Source: a virus (lineage: Duplodnaviria; Caudoviricetes). From it: a stretch of 64,000 nt of DNA. Positions 1-10,058 of the stretch are shown piece by piece. The notes under the pieces are model-generated. The model saw only the letters and a list, made by a program, of their open reading frames with translations. It made no database searches and was not told the DNA's origin. Location of the stretch: the IMG/VR virus record IMGVR_UViG_2627853687_000001, positions 1 to 64,000 of that record; one strand, 5' to 3'. Position 1 is the stretch's first letter. Each line of letters begins with the position of its first letter. The translations under genes and the position numbers were made by a program.

Positions 1-982
1 GTGTGCTGTCATGGCTGAATTGCGGGCCGGGATTCTTTACGCCTTCATGGCGCTCTCTTGAACTCGCTTTTGCGCAGTAGAAAAAGCGCGCCGTGCTGCC
101 GCTGTCGGTGTACTCGGTACTCTGATGGTTGTCAGTTCCCCAGCTGGTGCCATCAACACTCGCCGCTTTACTGGTGGCGCTTCGCTTGCCCGTCTGGCTG
201 GATTCAGGAAACAGCGACAGAACCGGATCGCTGCCATCATGGATCAGGTTCGCTGGCCACCGGCCTGGCGGATTGTAGTTCTCCTGGAGCCGGTCATACT
301 TACCGTAGCTGTTAACCGTTACGGCACTCTCTGTTTTGAAATCGCCATGCTTGTTCTTGCTCTTCGATTCGCTTTCATCACCGTCACCAGCAAAAGGCAC
401 GCGACACTCTTCAACGTTAATCGCACCTATCCCGTCTTTCAGAAGGTTCGCCACAAGCGATCCCCGGAAAGGTTTACGCGCAACGGAAATCGGCTCATGC
501 GCTGGCTTTAACGCCGTTCCCCAGCCTTTCCAGCGTTTAACAGCGTTATGTTCGAAATCTGATACCTGACGGAAAATTGCTTTCCCGACGTCCATATTTT
601 TCGGGAAGCCGCTGCCGTACATCCAGGCAATAGAATCGCGGATCTCAAAACCGGCAAGGCGTATGGCCAGCGTGCCTAAGTCCTGTGTGCGGGGGCTGAA
701 AAATGCCATAAGATGTCCGCCTGGCTTAAGCACGCGCAGGCACTCTTTCCATACGGACGGCCCCGGAACAAAGCCATCCCACGATTTACCCATGAAGCCG
801 CCGCCTGAATGCTGATAATCATCGCCAGCTAACCAGTGGGACAGCACCTCGGCCATGTCAGGCTCTTTGCTGTTCATGCCATAAGGCGGATCGGTAATAA
901 CGCTGTCTACAGAGTTGTCAGGAAGGGTGCGCAGGATATCCAGGCACTTTGCGTTATGAAGTGAAACAGCCGGATAGATCAT
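1..982 (-). CDS. DNA methyltransferase (N6A/N4C, beta-class type), runs off the left edge
   Basis: Manual translation from ATG 982 (overlaps rdgC stop): MIYPAVSLHNAKCLDILRTLPDNSVDSVITDPPYG...ECLRVLKPGG...GSGFPK. DPPY catalytic motif. Absent from the ORF track, consistent with no stop in the window. Confidence 0.85.
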   Translation of the reverse strand, partial: MIYPAVSLHNAKCLDILRTLPDNSVDSVITDPPYGMNSKEPDMAEVLSHWLAGDDYQHSGGGFMGKSWDGFVPGPSVWKECLRVLKPGGHLMAFFSPRTQDLGTLAIRLAGFEIRDSIAWMYGSGFPKNMDVGKAIFRQVSDFEHNAVKRWKGWGTALKPAHEPISVARKPFRGSLVANLLKDGIGAINVEECRVPFAGDGDESESKSKNKHGDFKTESAVTVNSYGKYDRLQENYNPPGRWPANLIHDGSDPVLSLFPESSQTGKRSATSKAASVDGTSWGTDNHQSTEYTDSGSTARFFYCAKASSRERHEGVKNPGPQFSHDST

Positions 983-1887
983 CGTTTCGCCTCACCGCCC
1001 AGCGATTCTACCAGCCCGGAGAAGAAGCTGGAAAACTCGGACGCAAAGAGCATGAAATCAGCCAGCATGCGGGCGCGCTGATCCTCGCGGTCGATATCAT
1101 CATTCTGCTGTGTGAGCATGTCAGCGTACTTAATGCCCTTAATGCTCAGGTCATCAGATACGCGGCATAATATGCGCTCCTGCCAGTCCAGGCTAAGCTG
1201 CGTGACCAATTTCCCGGCTTCAATGTGCGTGCGCACTTCATCGCTCAGTAGATCCTGTTTTTTGCAGCGGATTTTGCCGCCATCTTCCAAAATTGCCGCC
1301 AGCTCGGCCTCATCGCCCAGCGCAAAACCGGCAGGCAGTTCTGCGGCGCGCAGCCATTCAGTCAGCGTCAGTTCAATGGGATCAGCGGTCATCATTGGAA
1401 TAACCGGCAGGGAGCCGATTGTTTTGCGCAGTAGTGCAAGCATGTCTTCAGCGGCTTTCGCGCTGGCCGCGTCAACGTAGATACGCCTGTTAATGCTGTC
1501 GATCCAGATATAGGACTGGGAGCGGCGCGAGAAAGCACGCGGCAGAAGCACACACAGCGCCTCATCTCTCAGGCTTACCCTTTCGTTACGGCGCACCTTA
1601 CGCGACTGCTCGCGCTCCATTTTCTCCACTTTCTCGGCAACGTAATCGTTGAGCGTGGACACGGGCATGATTTTACTTTCGGTCTGACAGCAGAGCAGGT
1701 ACTGCCCGTTCTCGGCCAGTAGCAGGCCGTCTGACGTTACGTTGATCCAGCCTGATTTAGCCATGTCCTGTGCAGCACAGGGAGAAAACGCCATAGTCTG
1801 CAGCTGCTGCTCCAGTTCCTCTGCATCGAGCGGAAGATCCCGGTTCAGGCTGTAGACCATGACGTTTTTAAAGAAGGGTGATTTCAT
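979..1887 (-). CDS. rdgC: Recombination-associated protein RdgC (P1 HrdC-like)
   Basis: FFKN.MVY start, LLPRAFS, LLRKTIGSLPV, EVRTHIEAGKLVTQLSLDWQERI, ends LGGEAKR; 302 aa. Confidence 0.93.
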   Translation of the reverse strand: MKSPFFKNVMVYSLNRDLPLDAEELEQQLQTMAFSPCAAQDMAKSGWINVTSDGLLLAENGQYLLCCQTESKIMPVSTLNDYVAEKVEKMEREQSRKVRRNERVSLRDEALCVLLPRAFSRRSQSYIWIDSINRRIYVDAASAKAAEDMLALLRKTIGSLPVIPMMTADPIELTLTEWLRAAELPAGFALGDEAELAAILEDGGKIRCKKQDLLSDEVRTHIEAGKLVTQLSLDWQERILCRVSDDLSIKGIKYADMLTQQNDDIDREDQRARMLADFMLFASEFSSFFSGLVESLGGEAKR

Positions 1888-1951
1888 TCAGGAATGTCTC
1901 AACTAAAAGAGTTAACACATTATAAATAATATTTTAGATTTAAGATAATCT

Positions 1952-2560
1952 TTACTGACTGAACGCGAATTGTGGCGCAGTGGCGCTGAAAGGTCCGCCA
2001 GACTGGAACACAATTTTTCCTCCAACTTTGATAGTCAGATCGCCACCAACGTCGATTACCAGGTTTCCCGGCCCCAGCAGGTAAATGTCCCCGCCTTCGT
2101 TCATCCCGACACGCGAACCGCTGGCCGTGTTGGCTATCTCATACCCGCCACCAGCAGACCGGATCTCCAGCAGGTTATTGCGGTGCGATACAAAATCCGT
2201 GGTCGGAGTCAGGGAAGGGCGCGCAGGCGCACCGTCAACGGCTGGTGGCTCATACCCGCCACCCTGTCCGGAGGCTTCAGGCGCGACGCTTGGGACGCCG
2301 CCCGGTGCCGACTGCGCCGCGCCGGTGATCAGCGGGCGCCGCGTATCCGGCTTCCCGCGGCCGTCTTTGTAAGGGAACTCCACCCAGACCTGATCACCCA
2401 CGATGCACGGTACAAACGTGTTGCCGATCGGCAGCTGATATTCCGCCCAGGGCAGAGTATCGGCGTCCACGTCCGCCCACTGCGGAGTAAGGCGGATCTG
2501 CGCCCGCATGTGTCCCTGCGGGTCTTTTGTCGCCGTGATAATGGCGCGCTGCTTACTCAC
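1952..2560 (-). CDS. Baseplate spike-like protein (P1 gp5-like)
   Basis: OB-fold-type N-terminus (DPQGHMRAQIR, LPWAE, VGDQVWVEF), beta-repeat C-terminus; P1 5-6-24-7-25-26 synteny. Confidence 0.7.
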   Translation of the reverse strand: MSKQRAIITATKDPQGHMRAQIRLTPQWADVDADTLPWAEYQLPIGNTFVPCIVGDQVWVEFPYKDGRGKPDTRRPLITGAAQSAPGGVPSVAPEASGQGGGYEPPAVDGAPARPSLTPTTDFVSHRNNLLEIRSAGGGYEIANTASGSRVGMNEGGDIYLLGPGNLVIDVGGDLTIKVGGKIVFQSGGPFSATAPQFAFSQ

Positions 2561-3546
2561 TTGTTGGGTACTCCTAAAATCATGCGCGTGGTATAGCCAA
2601 TGCGATCTTCGTGGTGAATGACCGCAATGGCGATAAAGTTTTTCGGTAACGTTTCGTCTACCTGGTTTTCCGCGTCATAGCGGTGGATCTGCACACCAAT
2701 AACCATGCCTGCTGTCAGGTCCGCATTGCCGCTGACTTCAATATCCAGCTTGGGGATCAGCACCCTCGCCATATTGGTCAGCGTGGCTACATCGGCGTCA
2801 GAAATGTACTTAACCGGCTTGGTGTTATCGCCCACGGCCACGTAACCCTCTGTCATGGAGTAGCCGACATACTGATAATCGCGGCTGCTGGTGGTGGCGG
2901 CGTCCTGGTTGATGTTGCTCATCTTGCTGATCGTGTATTCGGCCTGCGGGTTGTTGGCCTCATAGGTAAATGCCGCCTTTGTGCCGATCAGCTTTGCCAT
3001 GTCCTTCATGCAGAACTTCCCGCGAGCGCACCAGACCAGCGCGCCGTGATCGTCAGCAATCTGGCGCAGGACGCCGGACGGCTTCTCGCCCATATTCAGG
3101 TGATAGGTCATCGCTTTGCGGAAAGCATCAGCCTCAATCGTCATTTTGCCCGCGAACTCCGCCATGACGTCACCCGGCTGGCGGTCGGCATACAGGCGCA
3201 CGCGGGCTGATGGGGTTTTAAGACGCTTCAAATCCGCTGATACGGCTATGATCCGCACCACGTCACCGCTGGCGGGCGCCGACGTCACGAAAAACGTCTC
3301 TGTATACGCGCCGCGCTGCCCGGTCGGGTCGCCCAGCTCTGCCACCAGCACAGCGCCAAACCGTGCACCCATTTCATCCACCAGCTTTCCGGCAGGATCG
3401 TGCGCTTCCAGGACCAGCAACGGCGCAGTCAGCGACGTCTTCTCGATGTAAATCACAGACGTTATCCAGCTGCGCGGCATTTCCGCACCATTAAGCAGGA
3501 CCGACTGCAGGAAGTACTGCATAGGCTTATTCTGCTGATCAGCCAT
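2557..3546 (-). CDS. Tail/baseplate hub protein (P1 gp6-like)
   Basis: 329 aa, coupled to neighbours, gpD-like C-terminus (VSGNADLTAG...VIHH), synteny. Confidence 0.65.
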   Translation of the reverse strand: MADQQNKPMQYFLQSVLLNGAEMPRSWITSVIYIEKTSLTAPLLVLEAHDPAGKLVDEMGARFGAVLVAELGDPTGQRGAYTETFFVTSAPASGDVVRIIAVSADLKRLKTPSARVRLYADRQPGDVMAEFAGKMTIEADAFRKAMTYHLNMGEKPSGVLRQIADDHGALVWCARGKFCMKDMAKLIGTKAAFTYEANNPQAEYTISKMSNINQDAATTSSRDYQYVGYSMTEGYVAVGDNTKPVKYISDADVATLTNMARVLIPKLDIEVSGNADLTAGMVIGVQIHRYDAENQVDETLPKNFIAIAVIHHEDRIGYTTRMILGVPNK

Positions 3547-4316
3547 CAGTTGCCCCCCGGTGCCAGCTGGGTGTCATAGCGAACGTTGCGGGCATTAACC
3601 TCATGCGCGGTCAGCACATCCACCATGACAATCAGCGACGCCTGGCAGGCATAAATCCGATCCTGCGTGAACGGCGGCGACATATCGCTGAACATGATGG
3701 TTTTGGCATCCTGAATGCTGCAGTTGAGTTCTACAGGCCAGTGGACCAGCTTTTCCTGCGCGGTGAAGTTGGTGGTGAGCCTGGAGCGGAAGTTAGCGGC
3801 CAGCGTGTTGCACATCAGTGACAGCGTATCTTTGTCACTGGCAATCAGCGTGATGGAGTAATTGAGCGATGCCTGTGTAGCCTCAACCTCGGCCAGCGGC
3901 ATGTTGCCCTGTGACTCGTCGGTAATGTCGCCGTAATCACGGTCTATCTCCTGATCGTTGTTGTCGTAGGTGATATCAAACCCGCGTGACAGGTTAATCA
4001 GCGGCAGGGCGTCACGGTTTAGATCCGGCATTTCCAACGGCTTCACGCTGTGACGTCCGGCGCCCGCCACGCGAACGGCACGCAGAAAGTCCATGACGTC
4101 ATCAAACTTGCCGACGAATACGCGATCTTCCGGCTTTCGCGCCAGGAATGAGGCAAAGCGCTGCTCATGCTGGCGCGGTCCGGTCATTACGGCACTACTG
4201 AATACGTCATTCAGCGCCTTTGCTACGGCGGCATCGGCGGCGGTAAAGCCGGTACTCTCCACTTTGCCGGTGCGTGTTTTCACCCACTCGCGGGTGCGGG
4301 AAAGTAGCTGATTCAT
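3546..4316 (-). CDS. Tail/baseplate protein (P1 gp24-like)
   Basis: Size and position in the coupled operon. Confidence 0.55.
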   Translation of the reverse strand: MNQLLSRTREWVKTRTGKVESTGFTAADAAVAKALNDVFSSAVMTGPRQHEQRFASFLARKPEDRVFVGKFDDVMDFLRAVRVAGAGRHSVKPLEMPDLNRDALPLINLSRGFDITYDNNDQEIDRDYGDITDESQGNMPLAEVEATQASLNYSITLIASDKDTLSLMCNTLAANFRSRLTTNFTAQEKLVHWPVELNCSIQDAKTIMFSDMSPPFTQDRIYACQASLIVMVDVLTAHEVNARNVRYDTQLAPGGN

Positions 4317-5098
4317 TCGATACGTCCATTACTGGTGGTGTCAAAATTGCGGGCAGGTATGCAGTAGTAAAGCGATCCGACATTCTGCGTACCGAAGCCG
4401 TAAATGCGGTGAACGTACCACCAGCGGCGCGCCAGGGTGCCGCTGGCCATCTCTTCGTTCCACTCAAGAATTGAGCCAACCGGCACACCTTCTGCGGCAA
4501 TACGCAGGATCAGCACGTCATCGGTCAGTCCGTCCTGTTCGCCATCGGCATCGAGCACCTGGAAACTCTCGCGCTCATCCGGACAATCCAGCACCGTGAC
4601 AATGACCGGATCGGCGTCTTCATAGCTCAGGTTCCGCTGGTTGTTGTTAAGCTCAGTAAACGAGGGCTGTTCAAAGCCGGTCTCGTCGTCCACTTCCCCG
4701 ACGTCACGCATGTCCGGCAGGTACAGCAGCGCCTGAAACGCGCTGTAATCGCTCTCAATCGCCTTGATCCAGTCGCGGCGAACCATGTTGTTAAACGGGG
4801 CGTGACCTTTGTAGCGCGGCTTAAGTGCTGTGCTCTGTTCGCGTGCGGCGAGGGTGTCCGGGAGCGGGGCGCTCAGCGGGTCATAATCCTCACTGCTGCC
4901 GCTGTCAGCGTTATCAGGACCGCCAGCGGTATCGTCATCGGGTGACGTGGCGGCGGTCGGCGCGGCGGTGTCCAGATCGATAACAGCGCCGCTGCTATCC
5001 GGCACATCGACGGCGGGGGATTGTTGATCGCTTTCACTGCTGGTGGTCTCGTTGATCGTCGGTGGATTGTCTGCCAGAAATTCGTCGTACCGTCCCAT
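4313..5098 (-). CDS. Tail stability protein (P1 gp7-like)
   Basis: Acidic disordered N-terminus, conserved-looking C-terminus (ILEWNEE..RRWWYVHRI..YYCIP), synteny. Confidence 0.6.
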   Translation of the reverse strand: MGRYDEFLADNPPTINETTSSESDQQSPAVDVPDSSGAVIDLDTAAPTAATSPDDDTAGGPDNADSGSSEDYDPLSAPLPDTLAAREQSTALKPRYKGHAPFNNMVRRDWIKAIESDYSAFQALLYLPDMRDVGEVDDETGFEQPSFTELNNNQRNLSYEDADPVIVTVLDCPDERESFQVLDADGEQDGLTDDVLILRIAAEGVPVGSILEWNEEMASGTLARRWWYVHRIYGFGTQNVGSLYYCIPARNFDTTSNGRIE

Positions 5099-6315
5099 TA
5101 CTGATTACCTGCTTTTGTCTGGTTCTTTGCGTACTCAATAAACATCTTCTCGGCCTCGGCGCGGGGCGTGCCGCTCAGCACCAGGGCATCAATGAACGTC
5201 TGTCTCTGGATCTTCGCCTGGTCTGCCAGCTGCTGACGCAGAAGGGTATTTTTGGCCTTTTCGTCCGCCAGCTCTGCCTTCTTCTTCGCGGCGCGGGTGC
5301 GCTGCGCTGCCGTCAGCTTTTTGGCGCGGGTCAGCTGGCCACGCAGCTTGTCGATCCGCCCGTCGTCGTCGTCCAGCCGCTTAGCCAGCGCGCCCATGCG
5401 CTTCTGATACTTCTCGTGCTCACGCTTAACGGCGGCGACGTTCGTCTGTGAACTGCGATTGCGGTTGAACTTAGCCTTGTCAGCATCAGTGAAGTGCTCA
5501 GTGGTTTTGCGCGGATCGTCGCCATAGGCGTTGTTACCGGCGCTTTTATGCAGTGCCTGGCCTATGCGCACCTGCCATGAGGCGGATTGCAAGCGCGTGA
5601 AGGCGTGAATGACGTGCTTACAGGCAACGCCTTTCAGGTTCGGGTTTTTCTCTTTGGGGTAGGCGTACTCTTTTGGCGGGGCAAGGGCAAAGTTGCCTGC
5701 CGTGGCGATGTAGCGATACCAGTATTGGTGACGGCCACAATCGCAATCAAAAGAGACGCGGCCTGCGCAGAGTCGCTTAGCAATTTTGGCCGCGCTGTCT
5801 TTTGCATCGGTGACGTCCTCAATCAGCTGATCCCACTCTTCAAAGCGGAATTTAACCCGGTGATGTTTGTCCAGCGATACGGCGGACGCTTCCACGCTCA
5901 CCGTCAGCACGTTGTGTTTGAGTGTGGTAGGCGTGGCGCGCTTAATACCGGAACCGTCATCTACCCGGTTGTTTGCACGCTTTATGTCGATCTGCTGACT
6001 GCTGGCCACCAGCTGCGCATACGTGATCCCGGCCTGTGAGGAATTGAACTGCTGGCGTGCGCCGGTGCGGTTCGCTTCAAACCCTTTTAAATCCTCTTTC
6101 GTGTAGAACGTGCCGGACTTCTTTTTGCCCAGGGCAATAATGTCGTCCAGTGCCTTGTTCTTGAGGGTCAGCGGGTTGAGGGTCCGCCGCGCACTACGGC
6201 GTGATTTACGGCGGTCTTTGTCAATCTGGTCGAAGACGCGGGAGAACTCTTTGGAGGAAAGCCCTGCCGTGTCATAGCGCCCGGAACGTGTGCGGGTAAA
6301 TGGAGTATCAGCCAC
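5098..6315 (-). CDS. P1 gp25-like protein with SWIM-type Zn finger
   Basis: FDCDCGRHQYWYRY...ACKH motif; coiled-coil C-terminus; synteny. Confidence 0.7.
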   Translation of the reverse strand: MADTPFTRTRSGRYDTAGLSSKEFSRVFDQIDKDRRKSRRSARRTLNPLTLKNKALDDIIALGKKKSGTFYTKEDLKGFEANRTGARQQFNSSQAGITYAQLVASSQQIDIKRANNRVDDGSGIKRATPTTLKHNVLTVSVEASAVSLDKHHRVKFRFEEWDQLIEDVTDAKDSAAKIAKRLCAGRVSFDCDCGRHQYWYRYIATAGNFALAPPKEYAYPKEKNPNLKGVACKHVIHAFTRLQSASWQVRIGQALHKSAGNNAYGDDPRKTTEHFTDADKAKFNRNRSSQTNVAAVKREHEKYQKRMGALAKRLDDDDGRIDKLRGQLTRAKKLTAAQRTRAAKKKAELADEKAKNTLLRQQLADQAKIQRQTFIDALVLSGTPRAEAEKMFIEYAKNQTKAGNQ

Positions 6316-6640
6316 TGATTAGCTCCGGCTTGTCGCCAGCAAAGTCGCGTATTCGCCCGCGCAGCCACGCCATGTCCGGCAGGGAAATCGTCTGGCCTGC
6401 TGGCATCGGCTCCATTTCCGACTCTATCCCGCACAGCAGGCGGAATACCCAGCGCAGATCGGAGTTACCCTCATAGGCACGGTATGCCGCCAGGTCAGCC
6501 CGGTATATCTCATCAAGACGAATGGTGTAGTCGTGGTTATCTTCGTGGAATGACGCTGATCGCTTGATCACTTCCTGATGAAAGAGACTGCGAAGCACTA
6601 CGTCACTGATTGAACGATCGTCGAGGCGGTTATAACTCAC
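6308..6640 (-). CDS. Baseplate protein (P1 gp26-like)
   Basis: YTIRLDEIYRADLAAYRAYE..LRWV..ISLP LysM-like wedge pattern; synteny. Confidence 0.65.
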   Translation of the reverse strand: MSYNRLDDRSISDVVLRSLFHQEVIKRSASFHEDNHDYTIRLDEIYRADLAAYRAYEGNSDLRWVFRLLCGIESEMEPMPAGQTISLPDMAWLRGRIRDFAGDKPELISG

Positions 6641-7290
6641 AGGATACGTTCCTCATCGCTGATTCGCTTGCCGGTCAGGGACTCAGGCACGGCTTCTGCA
6701 GCTTTGATTTTCTCATAGCCGATGATGCGTTTAAGCGTGTCCATAATGGTCGGCTCCTGCTCTGCGGTCGCGGCGGTCATGGCGTTGATGTAATCCGCCG
6801 AAGCCACGTTGTTGTAGCCCACAGCGAAGCAGCACAGGATGGTCAGCACCTGCTCCGGGCGAATCTCGCGCCAGTTGATCCGATAGACCTCTTCACCGCT
6901 GGCGTTGTATTCCACCTCAACGATGGAATCAGGGAGCTCAAATGCGCCCTTGTTCTCTGCTGGCAGTGCAATGTTGTCCTGCAGCATGAGCTCGTTGTAA
7001 CGCTCAATGCCGGTGAGCACGGCAGCGCGCCCGTCACTTCCACGCGTTTTGAGAGAGATATGGTTGCCGCCTACTTCGTTTGCCACTTTGCCAGTGGCTT
7101 CATCCACTAGCACTTTAAAGCCCTGTTTGCGCAGTGCCTCAACGAAAGGGGCGAGTTTGATCAGCTGCTTTCGCATGCCCTTTGGCAGCGCCTGCGGCTT
7201 TGACATAACGAGCGTGTGATCTTCGTAAATGGCGGTGATCGCCATTGGCTGACTGGTTGAAAGGCTGATTACTGCAATTTTCTGTTTCAC
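6637..7290 (-). CDS. mat: Particle maturation protein (P1 Mat-like)
   Basis: 217 aa downstream of ref, as in P1 ref-mat order; assignment mainly by size and synteny. Confidence 0.5.
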   Translation of the reverse strand: MKQKIAVISLSTSQPMAITAIYEDHTLVMSKPQALPKGMRKQLIKLAPFVEALRKQGFKVLVDEATGKVANEVGGNHISLKTRGSDGRAAVLTGIERYNELMLQDNIALPAENKGAFELPDSIVEVEYNASGEEVYRINWREIRPEQVLTILCCFAVGYNNVASADYINAMTAATAEQEPTIMDTLKRIIGYEKIKAAEAVPESLTGKRISDEERIL

Positions 7291-7529
7291 GTCTGTATCC
7301 CTGAAAAGGCGAAAGGCCGCATATAGCGGCCTCTCTGGCTTTTAACGTTCCCAACCGCGCGTTGCAGATTAGGTAAGTTGTCAAAAATTCCATCAGGGAA
7401 CCGCTAACAGCTTGGGGCGACTGTAAGCGGTTTGTACTTTGCGTAGTTACGGGTCAAGCAGTTTTTTAGAAATAAAAAAGGCCGTTCAGTGGCGGCCTTT
7501 CAAATGGATGCTGAATAAGTCTACGAAAG

Positions 7530-8036
7530 TTATTTTTTTTCCGGTTCTGGACTTGTTTCGATTGCTTTACCCATAGCTTTTAGTCCATTTGCTATGGCTA
7601 TTAAAGCACCAGTAATATTTGCTGGCTGCGCAGACGTTATCTGATCTGCCAAAGCATCCAGTCCTTCTTTAACCTTTCCAGTAAGAAGATTCATCCTTTC
7701 TTCAGTGGTCCGTGGAGGTATAGTGAAATCGCCTTCTCTTGTGTAGTCACAATGAATAGCACCAGTAGCATTTATCAGGTCACTAAAAAAGCTCATGGCT
7801 TGAGGCAAAGTGGAAAACTTTCCGATATAAATGTCTTCGGGAGTCTGATGAGATCTACCTACGAAGAAGGCCTGAATCTGACAGGTGTACTTTCTATCAT
7901 CGAACTTATCAGCGCCTTCTACAGCTGAATTACTCTCAGAAAAACTCAGAGACGCTAAATACTTAGCATCCGAGCCACCAGGGTAAGTACCAGCAGCCCA
8001 TTTAACTCGTGCGATTAATGCCATCTTTAACTCCAT
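7530..8036 (-). CDS. Hypothetical protein (AT-rich insertion between ref and mat)
   Basis: 168-aa ORF, lower GC than flanks, bracketed by hairpins at ~7475-7501 and ~8107-8124. Confidence 0.6.
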   Translation of the reverse strand: MELKMALIARVKWAAGTYPGGSDAKYLASLSFSESNSAVEGADKFDDRKYTCQIQAFFVGRSHQTPEDIYIGKFSTLPQAMSFFSDLINATGAIHCDYTREGDFTIPPRTTEERMNLLTGKVKEGLDALADQITSAQPANITGALIAIANGLKAMGKAIETSPEPEKK

Positions 8037-8143
8037 TTAGTCGATTTTCATTAATTACATTAACCTTTTTGCAATTTATTTGTAACCGAACTGCTCACAA
8101 TAAAAAGACCGCCCAATAGCGGTCAACAGTGCTATCAGTTGAG

Positions 8144-8800
8144 TCAGCACTTCAGTAAATGCGCAATCCCCGCCAGATTGTAGGCTTTTACCATAAGCTG
8201 ATGCTCTGACCCGTTATGTCTGCCGAACTCTGCCTTGCCGCCCGTAATGCCGTCAGCATGTACCGGTACCAACCAGGGAAACTCTGCGCGGACGTGTGCC
8301 GGTGCTGCGTGCTGATGATGATGATCGCAAAGGGGAAGCTGCAGCAGATGTGCGCCGGGTTTAGTCCGTCCCTCGATATGATGCAAGCTGATCAGCAATG
8401 ACTCCTTCCCGTGCTGTAGGCAGGCAATGCAGGGCAGCTTTCCCAGTGCATCCATAACAATGCGCTCAGCTGCGCTCGGTGTGCGTCCTTTAAGGCCTCT
8501 GCCTGTCGCGCTGGCGCGTGTTTGCCGTTTCGCTGCTACTGGTGCTGGCTTTTTCTCTTTCAGACGCTCAGATGCGCTTACAGCGCGTTTTGCCGCTTTG
8601 GTTTTTTGCTGTGCAATCCACTCCGGGGAACTACGCTTTTCAATCTGTTTGGCAAGCATCCTGCTACTGTTTGCTTTCTGCTTTGCGTACTGCTGCTGGC
8701 GAAACTCCGGGTCTGCCAGTTTTGCTGCGTGTTTTTCTCGCTGGCGCTGCTGTGCTTTTGCCTGTTTTTCCCGTGCGACCTGAAAATCGGTGCTTTCCAT
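8144..8800 (-). CDS. ref: Recombination enhancement function nuclease Ref
   Basis: Basic N-terminus, GLKGRTPSAAER, LPCIAC, SLHHIEGRT, LPLCDHHHQH, VPVHADG. Confidence 0.92.
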   Translation of the reverse strand: MESTDFQVAREKQAKAQQRQREKHAAKLADPEFRQQQYAKQKANSSRMLAKQIEKRSSPEWIAQQKTKAAKRAVSASERLKEKKPAPVAAKRQTRASATGRGLKGRTPSAAERIVMDALGKLPCIACLQHGKESLLISLHHIEGRTKPGAHLLQLPLCDHHHQHAAPAHVRAEFPWLVPVHADGITGGKAEFGRHNGSEHQLMVKAYNLAGIAHLLKC

Positions 8801-8910
8801 GATTTAACCAATTCTAAAATATTTTTTAGATTGTTGATCACCTCGCGGAATCTGTAAAGCAATCCGTAATTGTCCACTGGTTATGGCACTTAGTTAATCA
8901 GCATGGCAGG

Positions 8911-8981
8911 TTATCCACTTATCCACTGGATAGATCATATAAATCGATCCTATATAGATCCTATTTAGATCAAAGAAGATC
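8911..8981 (+). promoter_or_regulatory. oriR-like origin: two DnaA-like boxes plus five GATC sites
   Basis: TTATCCACT at 8911 and 8919; GATC at 8933, 8946, 8957, 8968, 8978; same layout as P1 oriR. Confidence 0.85.
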
Positions 8982-9029
8982 ACTGTTGATGTAATCACAT
9001 GATTTTAATAACAAATAACACGTTTTATG

Positions 9030-9130
9030 TTGCTGGTTTCATGGTAGGCATTGTTGGTTTCATGGTAAATATTGCTGGTTTCATGGTGAATGTTGTTGGT
9101 TTCATGGTAGGGTGTTGCTGGTTTCATGGT
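9030..9130 (+). repeat. Five origin iterons (incC-like)
   Basis: TTGYTGGTTTCATGGT at 9030, 9051, 9072, 9093, 9115 (21-22 bp period), just upstream of repA. Confidence 0.93.
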
Positions 9131-9173
9131 AGGACAGCTAATTACCCACATTGACCGATAAAAGGTTCTTTCG

Positions 9174-10055
9174 ATGGAAAATGACGAAGAAATCAAGACG
9201 ATAGGTGATGCTCTGGTATACAGCGCTGAGCATGAAGCGAAAAGTTATACACTGACACCTACAGCTAATCGGACAGTTCAGCCGATTGCGCTGATGCGGT
9301 TGGGAGTCTTTGTGCCTGCTGTCCGTAATAAACCTCAGCGCGGTAATGCTGTCATTGATGCGTCTGAAGACTTCGGTCAGCTTGAGATAGCGAAAGCTGA
9401 GGGTTATACCAATATCATGATCAAGGGCAGCAGGCTCGATATGAGCACTGATTTCAAGACATGGATTGGTGCTATCCGGGCATTCAGCAAGTATGGCGCT
9501 GATAGCAACCGTATTAAGCTACCGTTTACCGAGTTTGCAAAGCTCTGTGGAATCGCCGTCGATGATATTAACCAGCGTTCGCGTGATCGCTTCTTCAACT
9601 CATTTCTAAGACTGGCCTCGCTTGTTGTCTCGTTCAAAAACAAAGACGGCAGTAAAGCAACCATAACGCACCTGCTTAATAGCGCCCATTTTGATACTGA
9701 GAAAGACATTATCACTCTGGAAGGGGATTCCCGGCTATGGGAGCTTTACGCCTTTGATCACAAGGTGTTACTTCAGCTAAAGGCAATCCAGGCATTGCCG
9801 CGTAAAGAGTCGGCACAGGCGCTCTACGTGTACATTGAGAGTCTGCCTACCGGCTTCCTGCAGGTGTCGTTAGAGCGTCTTCGTGATCGCCTTAACCTGA
9901 ACTCCACTATCAGTACTCAGAACAACGTTGTCCGTAAAGCCATGAAAGAGCTAGCTGACATTGGATACCTGTCGTTTACAGAAGTTAAGAAGAATGGCGT
10001 GGTCTACTTCCAGATTCACTCACGTAAGCCTGATCTTCTGCCACACAAAGAGTAA
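9174..10055 (+). CDS. repA: Plasmid replication initiator RepA (P1/IncFIB-like)
   Basis: TVQPIALMRLGVFVP, AEGYTNI.I.G.RLDMSTDFKTWIG, LPRKESAQALY.YIESLP; flanked by iterons. Confidence 0.95.
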   Translation: MENDEEIKTIGDALVYSAEHEAKSYTLTPTANRTVQPIALMRLGVFVPAVRNKPQRGNAVIDASEDFGQLEIAKAEGYTNIMIKGSRLDMSTDFKTWIGAIRAFSKYGADSNRIKLPFTEFAKLCGIAVDDINQRSRDRFFNSFLRLASLVVSFKNKDGSKATITHLLNSAHFDTEKDIITLEGDSRLWELYAFDHKVLLQLKAIQALPRKESAQALYVYIESLPTGFLQVSLERLRDRLNLNSTISTQNNVVRKAMKELADIGYLSFTEVKKNGVVYFQIHSRKPDLLPHKE

Positions 10056-10058
10056 TAA

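Noticed and set aside
9005-9196. 63-aa ORF with YHETNN repeats, and ORFs 10070..10450 / 10118..10366
   Set aside because: These are translations of the iteron arrays, not proteins
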